NCBI GenBank assembly: GCA_030696455.1
Contig: JAUYSH010000026.1
Span: 8,764 to 72,763, forward strand
DNA length: 64,000 bases
Source of the DNA: Elusimicrobiota bacterium
GTDB taxonomy: Bacteria; Elusimicrobiota; Elusimicrobia; UBA1565; UBA9628
Direction of reading: 5' to 3'
The position numbers and the translations under genes were made by a program. Below the pieces are notes generated by a model. The model ran no database searches and had not been told where the DNA came from. It saw nothing but the letters and a program-made list of their open reading frames with translations. This document shows positions 50,626 through 58,766 of the stretch, piece by piece. Each line of letters opens with the position of its first letter. Positions within the stretch are counted from its first letter, which is position 1.

Positions 50626-51563
50626 GCCCCGTCGCCGTCGCGTCGCGCTCGTTCTCCAAGCACTCCGTCCTGCGCTCCGAACTGGCGGCCCGCTTTCCGA
50701 ACGCGAAGTTCAACGACGCCGGCGCCTCGCTGAAGGGCGAGGAGCTCGTCGCCTTCCTGTCGGGGTGCGAGAAGGCCGTGCTCGCCCTGGAGACCGTCGA
50801 CGACGCCCTGCTCGTCCGCCTCCCGGAGCTGAGGCTCGTCAGCAAATTCGGCGTCGGCCTCGACTCCTTCGACCTCAAGGCCATGGCGGCGCGCGGCGTC
50901 AAGCTCGCCTGGTCGCCGGGGACCAACTCGCGCTCGGTCGCGGAGCTGGCGCTGATGTCGATGATCGCCCTCCTGCGCCGGGTCCCCGAAGCCTGCGGAG
51001 ATCTGGCCGCCGGGAAATGGGGCCAGCCCAAGGGCTCGACCTTGACCGGCAAGACCGTCGGGCTCGTCGGCCTCGGCGCCGTGGGCCGGGAGCTGGCCGC
51101 CTTGTTGGCCCCCTTCGGCGTGAGCCTGCTCGCCCATGAGCCCGCGCCCGACCAGGCGGCCGTCGCGCGCCACGCCATCCGCCTCGTCCCGCTCGACGAG
51201 CTCCTCGCCCAGTCCGACGCCGTCAGCCTTCACATCCCCCTGACCCCTTCCACGCGGAACACGATCGACTCGGCGCGCCTGGCGCGCATGAAGCCTTCCG
51301 CGGTCCTGATCAACACCGCGCGCGGGGGATTGATCGACGAGGACGCCCTGCTCGAGGCGCTCGACTCAGGGCGTCTCGCCGGCGCCGCGCTCGACGCCTT
51401 CGCCGTCGAGCCGCTGAAGGACCGGCGCCTGGCGGTCCATCCCAGGATCCTCGCCACGCCGCACATCGGCGGGAGCACGGAGGAGGCGATCCTGGCGATG
51501 GGCCGGGCCGCGATCGCCGGACTCGACGCCGGGCGGGACGCCGCCGAGTTCATCCGCGGATGA
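50622..51563 (+). CDS. D-isomer-specific 2-hydroxyacid dehydrogenase (PGDH-like)
   Basis: GKTVGLVGLGAVGRELA (GxGxxG), LINTARGGLIDEDAL, TPHIGGST. GTGA overlap at 50622. Confidence 0.82.
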   Translation: MSPVAVASRSFSKHSVLRSELAARFPNAKFNDAGASLKGEELVAFLSGCEKAVLALETVDDALLVRLPELRLVSKFGVGLDSFDLKAMAARGVKLAWSPGTNSRSVAELALMSMIALLRRVPEACGDLAAGKWGQPKGSTLTGKTVGLVGLGAVGRELAALLAPFGVSLLAHEPAPDQAAVARHAIRLVPLDELLAQSDAVSLHIPLTPSTRNTIDSARLARMKPSAVLINTARGGLIDEDALLEALDSGRLAGAALDAFAVEPLKDRRLAVHPRILATPHIGGSTEEAILAMGRAAIAGLDAGRDAAEFIRG

Positions 51564-53407
51564 CGCGGCTGACCGTCTGCTGGACCACGCCGTCCGCCAT
51601 CCCCGAGGGGCCTCTCCTCAGCTTCCTGCCGCCGGCCGCGGAGGAGACCCTCGCCTCGCGCAGCCGGGGCTCCTTCCTGCGCGCCCGCGATATGCGCCCC
51701 GACGACCGGGCGGCCGCGCGCGCGGACTATCTCGGCGCGTGCGCGCGCATCGGAGCGGCCCGCGTCGGCGGACGGACCCTGCGGGAGGAATGCTCCGACG
51801 GCGAGGTCTCCGCCTGGTGGTTCCACCCGACCTCCTTCAAGGACTGCGAGAGCGACCCGGCGCTCGGCCGCCTCCTGGCCCTGCGCGCGATCCTGCGCGC
51901 CATCGCCGACGCCGGCGCCTCGGAGGTGGAGACGTGGGGCGCGCCCCGCGATCTCGCGCGCGTCCTGCGAGGACGCCTGCCCGTCATCGAGAGGGCCGCC
52001 CCCTGGGCGTCGCCGGAGCCGGTTTGGTGGCTGCGGGCCGCGGCCTCGCGCGCCTTCACCTTCGTCCAGGCGCTGCTCGACCTCGCGGCCTGCGCGGCGG
52101 CGGCCCCGCGGCCGTCCGTGCCGGGTCCGAAGGTCCAGCTGCTCGGCTTCTGGGACTGGTCGGTGCGCGCGGATGAGGGCGGCCGCCTGAGCGACCGCTA
52201 CTTCAAGGCCCTGCCCGACGAGCTGGCCGCGCTCGGCGCCTCCACCGGCCGCCTCTGCTGGCTCGACGCGGACAAGGACCCGGCCCGCCCCCCGCGCGGC
52301 CGCCTCGCCGCGGCCCGCGGCGCCGCCGCTTCCGGCGTCGTGCTCCTTCAATCCTTCCTCGACATCGGCGACGTCCTCGAGGCGGTCTCGGACATCAAGC
52401 CTCTGTCGGCCTACCTCAGGCGCCGCGGCGAGCCCGGCTTCCGCGCGGCCTTCTCCGCGGACGGGCTCGACCTTTTCCCCCTGTTCGAGGAACGCCTTCT
52501 CAGAGGCTTCCTCGACGGCGGCCTGCCCCGGTGCGAGCTGATCCGCAAGTCCGCGCAACGGGCCTGCGCGACGCTGAAGCCGTCGGTATGCGTTCATTTT
52601 CTCGAGCACTTCCTTCCCGCGCGCGCCGCCTTCGCGGGAGCCCGCGCCGCGGGGGCGGGCACGGCGGCGGTGCAGCACGCGAGCTTCTGCCGCGAGAAGA
52701 CCTTTTATTTCCTCGACCCCGCGCTCGAGTTCCGCGGCGAGCCCGACGGCCGCCCCGTTCCCGTGCCCGACCGCATCTTCGCGATGGGCCGCCTCTCGGC
52801 GGGCTATTTCCTGGAATGCGGCTACCCGTCCGAGAGGATCGTCGCGAGCGGCTCCCCGCGATACGACCACGTCCGGCCGCCCGCGCCCGCCAAGAGGCGT
52901 TCCGGACCCGGCGTCCGCGTCCTCCTCGCCCCGGCGCTCGACCTCGGGACCGAGGCCGCGCTGCTGGAAGCGGCGGCGGCGGCCTCCGCCGGCCTGCCCG
53001 GCGTCGAACTGCGCCTGCGGAACCATCCATTCGGCCCTTTAAGCGAGCGCCCGGAATTCGAGCCGCTCAAGGATCGCGTCGCGGTCTCGACCGGGACCCT
53101 CGACGAGGATCTCTCCTGGGCCGATCTGGCCATGTTCACCTACTCGACGGTGGCCGAGGAGGCGGTGCTCAAGGGAGTCCCCGCCTGGCAGTGGCGCCCC
53201 GTCTCCTACGACGCTTCCGCCCTGGCGGAGGCGGCCGACATACCCCGGTTCTCCTCGGTCGCCGCCCTGCGCGCGGCGCTGTCCCGTTTCCAGCCCGGAG
53301 ACGGCCTGCCGGACGACGCGGCGCGCGCCCGGCTCGTCGAAGACCTGTTCCTGATGGACGACGGCGGCGCGGCAAGGCGCGTCGCCAATTCGCTATACTT
53401 GCCCTGA
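51560..53407 (+). CDS. Hypothetical protein, candidate non-classical glycosyltransferase
   Basis: 615 aa. ATGA overlap with the upstream gene. Motifs GTAAVQHA and PDRIFAMG are collinear with those at 7464 and 21460. The C-terminal part (VRVLLAPA...FTYSTVAEEAVLKGVPAWQW) looks like a GT-B C-terminal Rossmann half. Confidence 0.6.
   Translation: MTRLTVCWTTPSAIPEGPLLSFLPPAAEETLASRSRGSFLRARDMRPDDRAAARADYLGACARIGAARVGGRTLREECSDGEVSAWWFHPTSFKDCESDPALGRLLALRAILRAIADAGASEVETWGAPRDLARVLRGRLPVIERAAPWASPEPVWWLRAAASRAFTFVQALLDLAACAAAAPRPSVPGPKVQLLGFWDWSVRADEGGRLSDRYFKALPDELAALGASTGRLCWLDADKDPARPPRGRLAAARGAAASGVVLLQSFLDIGDVLEAVSDIKPLSAYLRRRGEPGFRAAFSADGLDLFPLFEERLLRGFLDGGLPRCELIRKSAQRACATLKPSVCVHFLEHFLPARAAFAGARAAGAGTAAVQHASFCREKTFYFLDPALEFRGEPDGRPVPVPDRIFAMGRLSAGYFLECGYPSERIVASGSPRYDHVRPPAPAKRRSGPGVRVLLAPALDLGTEAALLEAAAAASAGLPGVELRLRNHPFGPLSERPEFEPLKDRVAVSTGTLDEDLSWADLAMFTYSTVAEEAVLKGVPAWQWRPVSYDASALAEAADIPRFSSVAALRAALSRFQPGDGLPDDAARARLVEDLFLMDDGGAARRVANSLYLP
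53394..53399 (+). promoter_or_regulatory. -10-like TATACT box, 7 nt upstream of ATG 53407
   Basis: Located in the last codons of the upstream gene, at leaderless spacing. Confidence 0.3.
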
Positions 53408-54036
53408 TGGCCGACAAACCGATGAGAAGCACCCGGCCCGGAGGCTACCATGCCCTCGGCCCGGGCGGGCTCGGGATCAAGGATTTCGCCCGTTGGTACC
53501 GGCGCCAGTCCCTCGAGCAGTGGGAAAAGCTCGACCTGGCCGCCCTCGAAAGGATCGCGCGCCTCGTCGAGTCGACGCGCGCCGCCGGAAGCTTCATCTG
53601 GGTCTGCGGCAACGGGGGTTCCGCCGCGACCGGCGCGCACATCGGCTGCGACTTCGGCAAGACCGCCGCCGCGCGCGGCCGCAAGCCCCTCAAGGCCGTC
53701 TCGCTCTGCGACAACACCGCCTTCATGACGGCGATCGGCAACGACCTGTCCTTCGACGAAACGTTCTCCCGCCAGCTGGAGAACGTCGCCGGCCGCGGCG
53801 ACCTCGTCCTCCTGATCAGCGGGAGCGGCAACTCGCCGAACCTACTGCGCGCCGCCAGGACCGCGCGCGCCAAAGGCGCCAAGGTCGTCTCCCTGCTCGG
53901 CTTCGACGGAGGCAAGCTCAAGGCCCTCTCGGACGAATTCCTCCTGGTGCCCTCGGATCAGTACGGGGTCGTCGAAGACATGCACATGTCGATCGCCCAT
54001 GTCCTGACCTTCTACCTCAAGCAGAAAAATGCCTGA
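53407..54036 (+). CDS. SIS-domain sugar-phosphate isomerase (GmhA / phosphoheptose isomerase-like)
   Basis: VCGNGGSAATGAHIGCDF, LISGSGNSPNLLRAARTARAKGAKVVSLLGFDGG, VVEDMHMSIAHVL. TGATG junction. Only the last 209 codons of track ORF 52531. Confidence 0.78.
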   Translation: MADKPMRSTRPGGYHALGPGGLGIKDFARWYRRQSLEQWEKLDLAALERIARLVESTRAAGSFIWVCGNGGSAATGAHIGCDFGKTAAARGRKPLKAVSLCDNTAFMTAIGNDLSFDETFSRQLENVAGRGDLVLLISGSGNSPNLLRAARTARAKGAKVVSLLGFDGGKLKALSDEFLLVPSDQYGVVEDMHMSIAHVLTFYLKQKNA

Positions 54037-54937
54037 TCGCATGAGCCGCGCGAAGACGATCCTCGTCACCGGCGGAACGGGGCTCCTCGGCAAGGGCATG
54101 GAGGAGACCGCGCCCGGCTCGGTCGCCCTCGTCAGCGTCCACCAGCGCGATTACCGCATACCGGGGTCCGCCGCCGAGCAGCTCGTGCTCGATCTGCGCG
54201 ACAAGCGCGCCGTCGACGCGCTGTTCGCCGAGCGGAAGTTCGACGCGGTCGTGCACGCGGCCGGCATCGCCAGCGTCGACTTCGTCGAGACCCACTACGC
54301 CGAGAGCCTCGAGTCCAACATCGTTTCCACGCTCAACGTCACCGCCGCCTGCCGCCGCGCCGACATACACCTCGTCTACGTCTCGACGAACGCCGTCTTC
54401 GACGGCACGAAGGCGCCGTACCGCGAGACCGACGCGGTCAACCCGGTCAACAAGTACGGGCGCCTGAAGGTCGAGTGCGAGCGCCTCGTCCAGGAGACGC
54501 TCAAGCACTGGACCATCGTCCGGCCGATCCTCATGTACGGCTGGAACCATGCCGAGACGCGCCCCAACCCCGCGACCTGGATCCGCGAGAAGCTGTCCAA
54601 GGGCGAGGGCGTCTCCCTCGTCACCGACGTGCACGAGAACCCCCTCTTCAACCTGCAGTGCGGCCGCGCGCTGTGGGCGGTCCTCGACAAGCGCCCCGAG
54701 GGGATATTCCATCTCGCCGGGGGCGAGCGCGTCGACCGCTATCAGTTCGGCGTCGCCGTCGCCGAGACCTTCGGCCTCGACGCCTCCTTGCTCAAGCCCG
54801 TGACGAGCGACGCCTTCCCCGGCATCGCGCGGCGCCCCCCGGACACGACCTTCGTCGTCGAGCGCATGGCGCGCGAGCTGGGCGTGGCGCCCATGACCCT
54901 GCGCGAAGGTCTCGCCGCGATGGCCGCGGGGGCGTAA
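54029..54937 (+). CDS. NDP-4-keto-6-deoxyhexose reductase-like SDR (RmlD family)
   Basis: ILVTGGTGLLGKG, VVHAAGIASVD, YGRLKVECE (Y-x-x-x-K). The start is ATG 54029 or ATG 54041 (MSRAKTILVTGG). Confidence 0.72.
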   Translation: MPDRMSRAKTILVTGGTGLLGKGMEETAPGSVALVSVHQRDYRIPGSAAEQLVLDLRDKRAVDALFAERKFDAVVHAAGIASVDFVETHYAESLESNIVSTLNVTAACRRADIHLVYVSTNAVFDGTKAPYRETDAVNPVNKYGRLKVECERLVQETLKHWTIVRPILMYGWNHAETRPNPATWIREKLSKGEGVSLVTDVHENPLFNLQCGRALWAVLDKRPEGIFHLAGGERVDRYQFGVAVAETFGLDASLLKPVTSDAFPGIARRPPDTTFVVERMARELGVAPMTLREGLAAMAAGA

Positions 54938-55848
54938 TGGCCGCGCCGCGGGTCTCCGTCGTTATCCCGGCCTGGAACGCGGCGGCCTTTATCGAGAAGA
55001 CCTTGGGCACGGTCGCGGCTCAGACCTTCGACGATTTCGAGATCATCGTCGTCGATGATGGCTCCTCCGATGACACGAAACTGGTCGTGGACCGGTTCCT
55101 GAAGGACAAGGGCCTGCGCGGCCTCTGTATCCGGCAGAACAACATGAAGATCGCCGGGGCGCGCAACACCGGCATCCGCGCGGCGGCGGCGGACCTGATC
55201 GCGTTCCTCGACCACGACGACCTGTGGTTTGCGGACAAGCTCGAGAAGACTTTGGCTGAGTTCGACGTGCGTCCCGACGCCGACCTCGTGTGCCATAACG
55301 AGAACATCGTCAAGGACGGCGCGCTCGTGCGCGTGTCGCGCAACGGGCCGCTGGTCGAGAATATGTACGAGCGCCTGCTGTTCGAGGGCAACGCCCTGTC
55401 GCCGTCGGCCGTGACGGTCAGGAAAGCGAAGCTCTTCGAGGCCGGTCTGTTCCGTGAAGACCCGGAGTTCAACACCGTCGAAGACTACGACCTGTGGATG
55501 CGGCTGGCCAAGGTCTGCCGCATCCGCTTCCTGGACGCGGTCCTGGGCGAGTACCAGCTTGTCGAGTCCGCCGCCTCCAACCGGATCGTCTATCACAACA
55601 CGAACCTCGAGAACCTCCTGCGCGATCACTTCCGCGGCTTCACCGACCCGGGGCCGCTGACGCGCGCGCGCATGCGCCGCCGCCTCGGCGTGATGTGCCG
55701 CTCGGCGGCGCAGCGGCTGCGGGCGCAAGGCGATCTCGACGGCGCGCGCCGCTACGCCGCGCGCGCCGTCGCCGAGTGCCCGTGGGATTGGAAGAATCTG
55801 GCCGTCGCCGGCCTGTGCGCCGTCGCGCGCCTCAAGGGGGTGCATTGA
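54937..55848 (+). CDS. Family 2 glycosyltransferase
   Basis: VSVVIPAWNAAAFIEKTL, IIVVDDGSSDDT, FLDHDDLW (DxD), EDYDLWMRL. TAATG junction. Confidence 0.85.
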   Translation: MAAPRVSVVIPAWNAAAFIEKTLGTVAAQTFDDFEIIVVDDGSSDDTKLVVDRFLKDKGLRGLCIRQNNMKIAGARNTGIRAAAADLIAFLDHDDLWFADKLEKTLAEFDVRPDADLVCHNENIVKDGALVRVSRNGPLVENMYERLLFEGNALSPSAVTVRKAKLFEAGLFREDPEFNTVEDYDLWMRLAKVCRIRFLDAVLGEYQLVESAASNRIVYHNTNLENLLRDHFRGFTDPGPLTRARMRRRLGVMCRSAAQRLRAQGDLDGARRYAARAVAECPWDWKNLAVAGLCAVARLKGVH

Positions 55849-55936
55849 AAATTCAATTGCACGAACCGAGATTTCAATGTGAGGCTCCCTCCCTCACTCC
55901 CTCCATGAAGATCGCGATCCCCCTGAGTAAGGTCCG

Positions 55937-56974
55937 GTGCGAATGAGAACGCCCGCCGACCTCGCCGCGACCGTTTACGCCCCGCCGCCGGCCGCGGCGC
56001 CCTGGCGCCTCGCGGAGCTATACGCCCCCGCCGCCGCGCGCTTCTACCGCTACGGCCGCCACGCGCTCGCCGACGCCTTTCGCGCCGCCGGAACCGGGCC
56101 CGTGCTGCTTCCGGGCTTCTTCTGCCGCGAGGTCCTGGCCTCCGCGGACGAACCGAGGCTTTTCTACACGGTGGGGCCGGACCTTCAGCCCGACCTCGAC
56201 AGCGCGGAGTGGCCGCAGGCCCGCGCGGTCCTGGCCGTCGACTACTTCGGCTTTCCCTGCGACCTGGAGCCGTTTCGCGCCTACGCGCGCCGCACCGGTG
56301 CTGCGATCATCGAGGACGCCTGCCACGCGCTGTTCTCGCGCGACGAGGATGGCCGCCTGCTGGGCACGCGCGCGGATTTCGGCGCGCTGAGCCCACGCAA
56401 GACCTTGCCCCTCGCCGACGGCGGCGTTCTGCTCGCGCCCGATCCGGCCCGCGTCGCCGCCCTGCCGCCCGCCCCCGCCGCCGGGGGAACGGGGACGACC
56501 CGGTCGGGCCTGAAGGCCGCCGCGCGGCCCCTTCTCGCCGCCGCCGGGGCGAGAACGGCCCGAGCTTTGCTCGAGGCCCTGCGCGCCGCGAAGGGCTTCG
56601 ATTGGCGCGACCGGCTCGGACGCGAAGGCAGCGAGGACGAGGCGCTCGGAGACCCGGCGCCCGGAGTCGCGCTCGCCGGGCCCATCGCCTGCGGCGACGA
56701 GGCGGGCGAACGCTCCCGCCGCCGCGCGCTGTACGAGCTGTGCGCCGCGACCGCGAAGGAGCTGGGGCTCGCCCCGGTGTTCCCGTCGCTGCCCGGCGGC
56801 GTCGTACCCTACGCCTTCGCCTTCCACGCGGCGCCGTCCGCCGCCGACGCCGCCTACGCGGCCTTCCGCCGCTTGGGGCTCAGCGTTCTGCCGTGGCCGG
56901 ACCTGCCCGCGGCCGTGCGCGCGGGCGCGCCCGCGCATTACCGCGACGTCTATCTCGCCCACTTTCTATGGTGA
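55937..56974 (+). CDS. DegT/DnrJ/EryC1-like (fold type I PLP) protein, divergent
   Basis: IIEDACHALFS and FGALSPRKTLPLADGGVLL align by eye to the DegT blocks IEDAAHALG and SFHPVK..GEGG, with a Lys present. The start is GTG 55937 or ATG 55943. Confidence 0.55.
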   Translation: MRMRTPADLAATVYAPPPAAAPWRLAELYAPAAARFYRYGRHALADAFRAAGTGPVLLPGFFCREVLASADEPRLFYTVGPDLQPDLDSAEWPQARAVLAVDYFGFPCDLEPFRAYARRTGAAIIEDACHALFSRDEDGRLLGTRADFGALSPRKTLPLADGGVLLAPDPARVAALPPAPAAGGTGTTRSGLKAAARPLLAAAGARTARALLEALRAAKGFDWRDRLGREGSEDEALGDPAPGVALAGPIACGDEAGERSRRRALYELCAATAKELGLAPVFPSLPGGVVPYAFAFHAAPSAADAAYAAFRRLGLSVLPWPDLPAAVRAGAPAHYRDVYLAHFLW

Positions 56975-58005
56975 ACGGAATCCGCTGGGAAGTCGTGCCC
57001 CCGGACGCGGCCGCGCGCGACTGGGACGGCTTCGTGTCCTCGTTCGAGGACCGCCACATCCGGCAGTCCCACGCCTGGGGCCGGCTCAAGACCGGCGTCT
57101 GGACGCCCGCGCACGCGGGCGTCTTCAACGGGCCGACGCCGCTGGCCGCCGCGCTGATCCTCGAGCGCCGCCTTCCCCTCGGCGCGGCCTCGCTGCTCTG
57201 GATCAACGGCGGCCCCATGTACCGCAAGCGCCACGCGCGCGGACAGGATCTCTCCGCCCTCCACGACTTCCTCGAGGGCGTCAAGGAACGAGCGCGCTCC
57301 CGGGGCCGTGCGATCATCCGCCTCAACTTCGACGGTGCGATGGACGCCGAAGCGCAGCTCGTCGTGCGCGCGGCGGGCTTCGCCCGTCCGCTCTCGCCCC
57401 TCGGCACCGGCCTGACCTACCGCGCCGACCTCACCAGGCCCTTGGAGGAGATCCGGACTGGCTTCGAGAAGAACTGGCGCAACCAGCTCAGTCGCGCCGA
57501 GAAGGCCGGCGCCGTCATCGAATTCGGCCGAAGCCCGGAGCTGCTGCGCCGCTATCAGCCCCTGCACGACGCGCTGTGCGTGCGCAAAGGCCTGCACGGC
57601 CAGCGCCTCTCGGTCGCGGACCTCGAGCGCATGTCGGATATTCTCGGAGAGTCGATCCTCTTCTTCGTCGTCTCCGCCGGCGGCGAGGACGGCTGCGGCG
57701 GGGCGGTTTGGATGCTCGGCGACCGGGCCTGGTTCGCGCTGTCTTCGGCCAACGAGCACGGGTTGCGCCACAACCTGCCCAACGCCATGTTCTGGCAGGT
57801 GATGAAGCGCCTCAAGGAGCAGGGCGTCGGCGTGTTCGACTTCACCGGCATCGATCCCGCCGGCAATCCCGGCGTCTTCAATTTCAAGAGAGGGCTGGGC
57901 CTGCCGCCCGTTGAGAATCTGGGCGAATGGCAGTGGGCGACGTCGCCGTGGCTCGCTCGCGCCATCGACGCCGCCATCTTCGCGCGTCGAGACTCCCTGC
58001 AGTGA
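56968..58005 (+). CDS. FemAB-family (aminoacyl-tRNA-dependent peptidyltransferase-like, double GNAT fold) protein
   Basis: IRQSHAWGRLKTGVWTP, NWRNQLSRAEKAGAV, FFVVSAGGEDGCGGAVWMLGDRAWFALSSAN, NAMFWQVMKRLKEQGVGVFDFTGI, FNFKRGLG. ~345 aa, typical FemAB size. Confidence 0.68.
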   Translation: MVNGIRWEVVPPDAAARDWDGFVSSFEDRHIRQSHAWGRLKTGVWTPAHAGVFNGPTPLAAALILERRLPLGAASLLWINGGPMYRKRHARGQDLSALHDFLEGVKERARSRGRAIIRLNFDGAMDAEAQLVVRAAGFARPLSPLGTGLTYRADLTRPLEEIRTGFEKNWRNQLSRAEKAGAVIEFGRSPELLRRYQPLHDALCVRKGLHGQRLSVADLERMSDILGESILFFVVSAGGEDGCGGAVWMLGDRAWFALSSANEHGLRHNLPNAMFWQVMKRLKEQGVGVFDFTGIDPAGNPGVFNFKRGLGLPPVENLGEWQWATSPWLARAIDAAIFARRDSLQ

Positions 58006-58766
58006 GTTGGACTCACGGCCTCTGGAAAACCGTCGCGCGCGCGCGGGGAGCGTTCGGCTCGCCGGAGAGGCCCGGCCTACGCGTGCTCGGCTATCACGCC
58101 GTCGGCTCGACGCTTCCCGGCGATCCCTACGGGCTAAGCACCCCGGCCGAGGCGTTCGCGCGGCAAATGGATTTGCTCTCCTCGGGACGATTCGGCAAGA
58201 CCGTCCCCCTGGGCGGCGCGAAGCTCGACGGCGGCGCCGAGATCGCCGTGACGTTCGACGACGGGTACCGGGACGCCTTGACGACCGCGGCGCCGATTCT
58301 CGCGCGGCTGTCGCTTCCGTTCTCGGTCTGCGTCACGCCCGGCCTGCTCGATTCCGGGCGCCCCCACCTCTCCTGGCCGGAATTAAAAGAGCTGGCGCTC
58401 GTCCCCGGCTGCGAAATCGGCGCCCATGGCCTCACTCACGCGCGTCTCGACGGCCTCGGCGCGGAGGACCTGGCCCGCGAGCTCTCCGAGTCCCGCCGCC
58501 GCCTCGAGGACGCGCTCGGCCGCGCCGTGAGCGTCATGACCTGGCCTCACGGGGCGGCCTCGCGCCGGGCCGCGGACGCCGCGCGCGCGGCGGGCTATTC
58601 GCGGGCGGGCTGCTCGCTGTACGGCGTCAACGGGCCGGATCGGGAGCCGCTCCTGCTCAAGCGCACCGAGATCGTTTCCTTCGATGACGAGCGCGACTTC
58701 GCCGGCAAGGCCTCGGGCGCCTGGGATTGGTTCGCCCTGCGCCAGGGCGACCCGGCGAACCGATGA
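58002..58766 (+). CDS. Polysaccharide deacetylase (NodB homology) family protein
   Basis: VTFDDGYRDALTTAAPILARL, IGAHGLTHARL, WPHGA. GTGA overlap at 58002. Confidence 0.78.
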   Translation: MSWTHGLWKTVARARGAFGSPERPGLRVLGYHAVGSTLPGDPYGLSTPAEAFARQMDLLSSGRFGKTVPLGGAKLDGGAEIAVTFDDGYRDALTTAAPILARLSLPFSVCVTPGLLDSGRPHLSWPELKELALVPGCEIGAHGLTHARLDGLGAEDLARELSESRRRLEDALGRAVSVMTWPHGAASRRAADAARAAGYSRAGCSLYGVNGPDREPLLLKRTEIVSFDDERDFAGKASGAWDWFALRQGDPANR

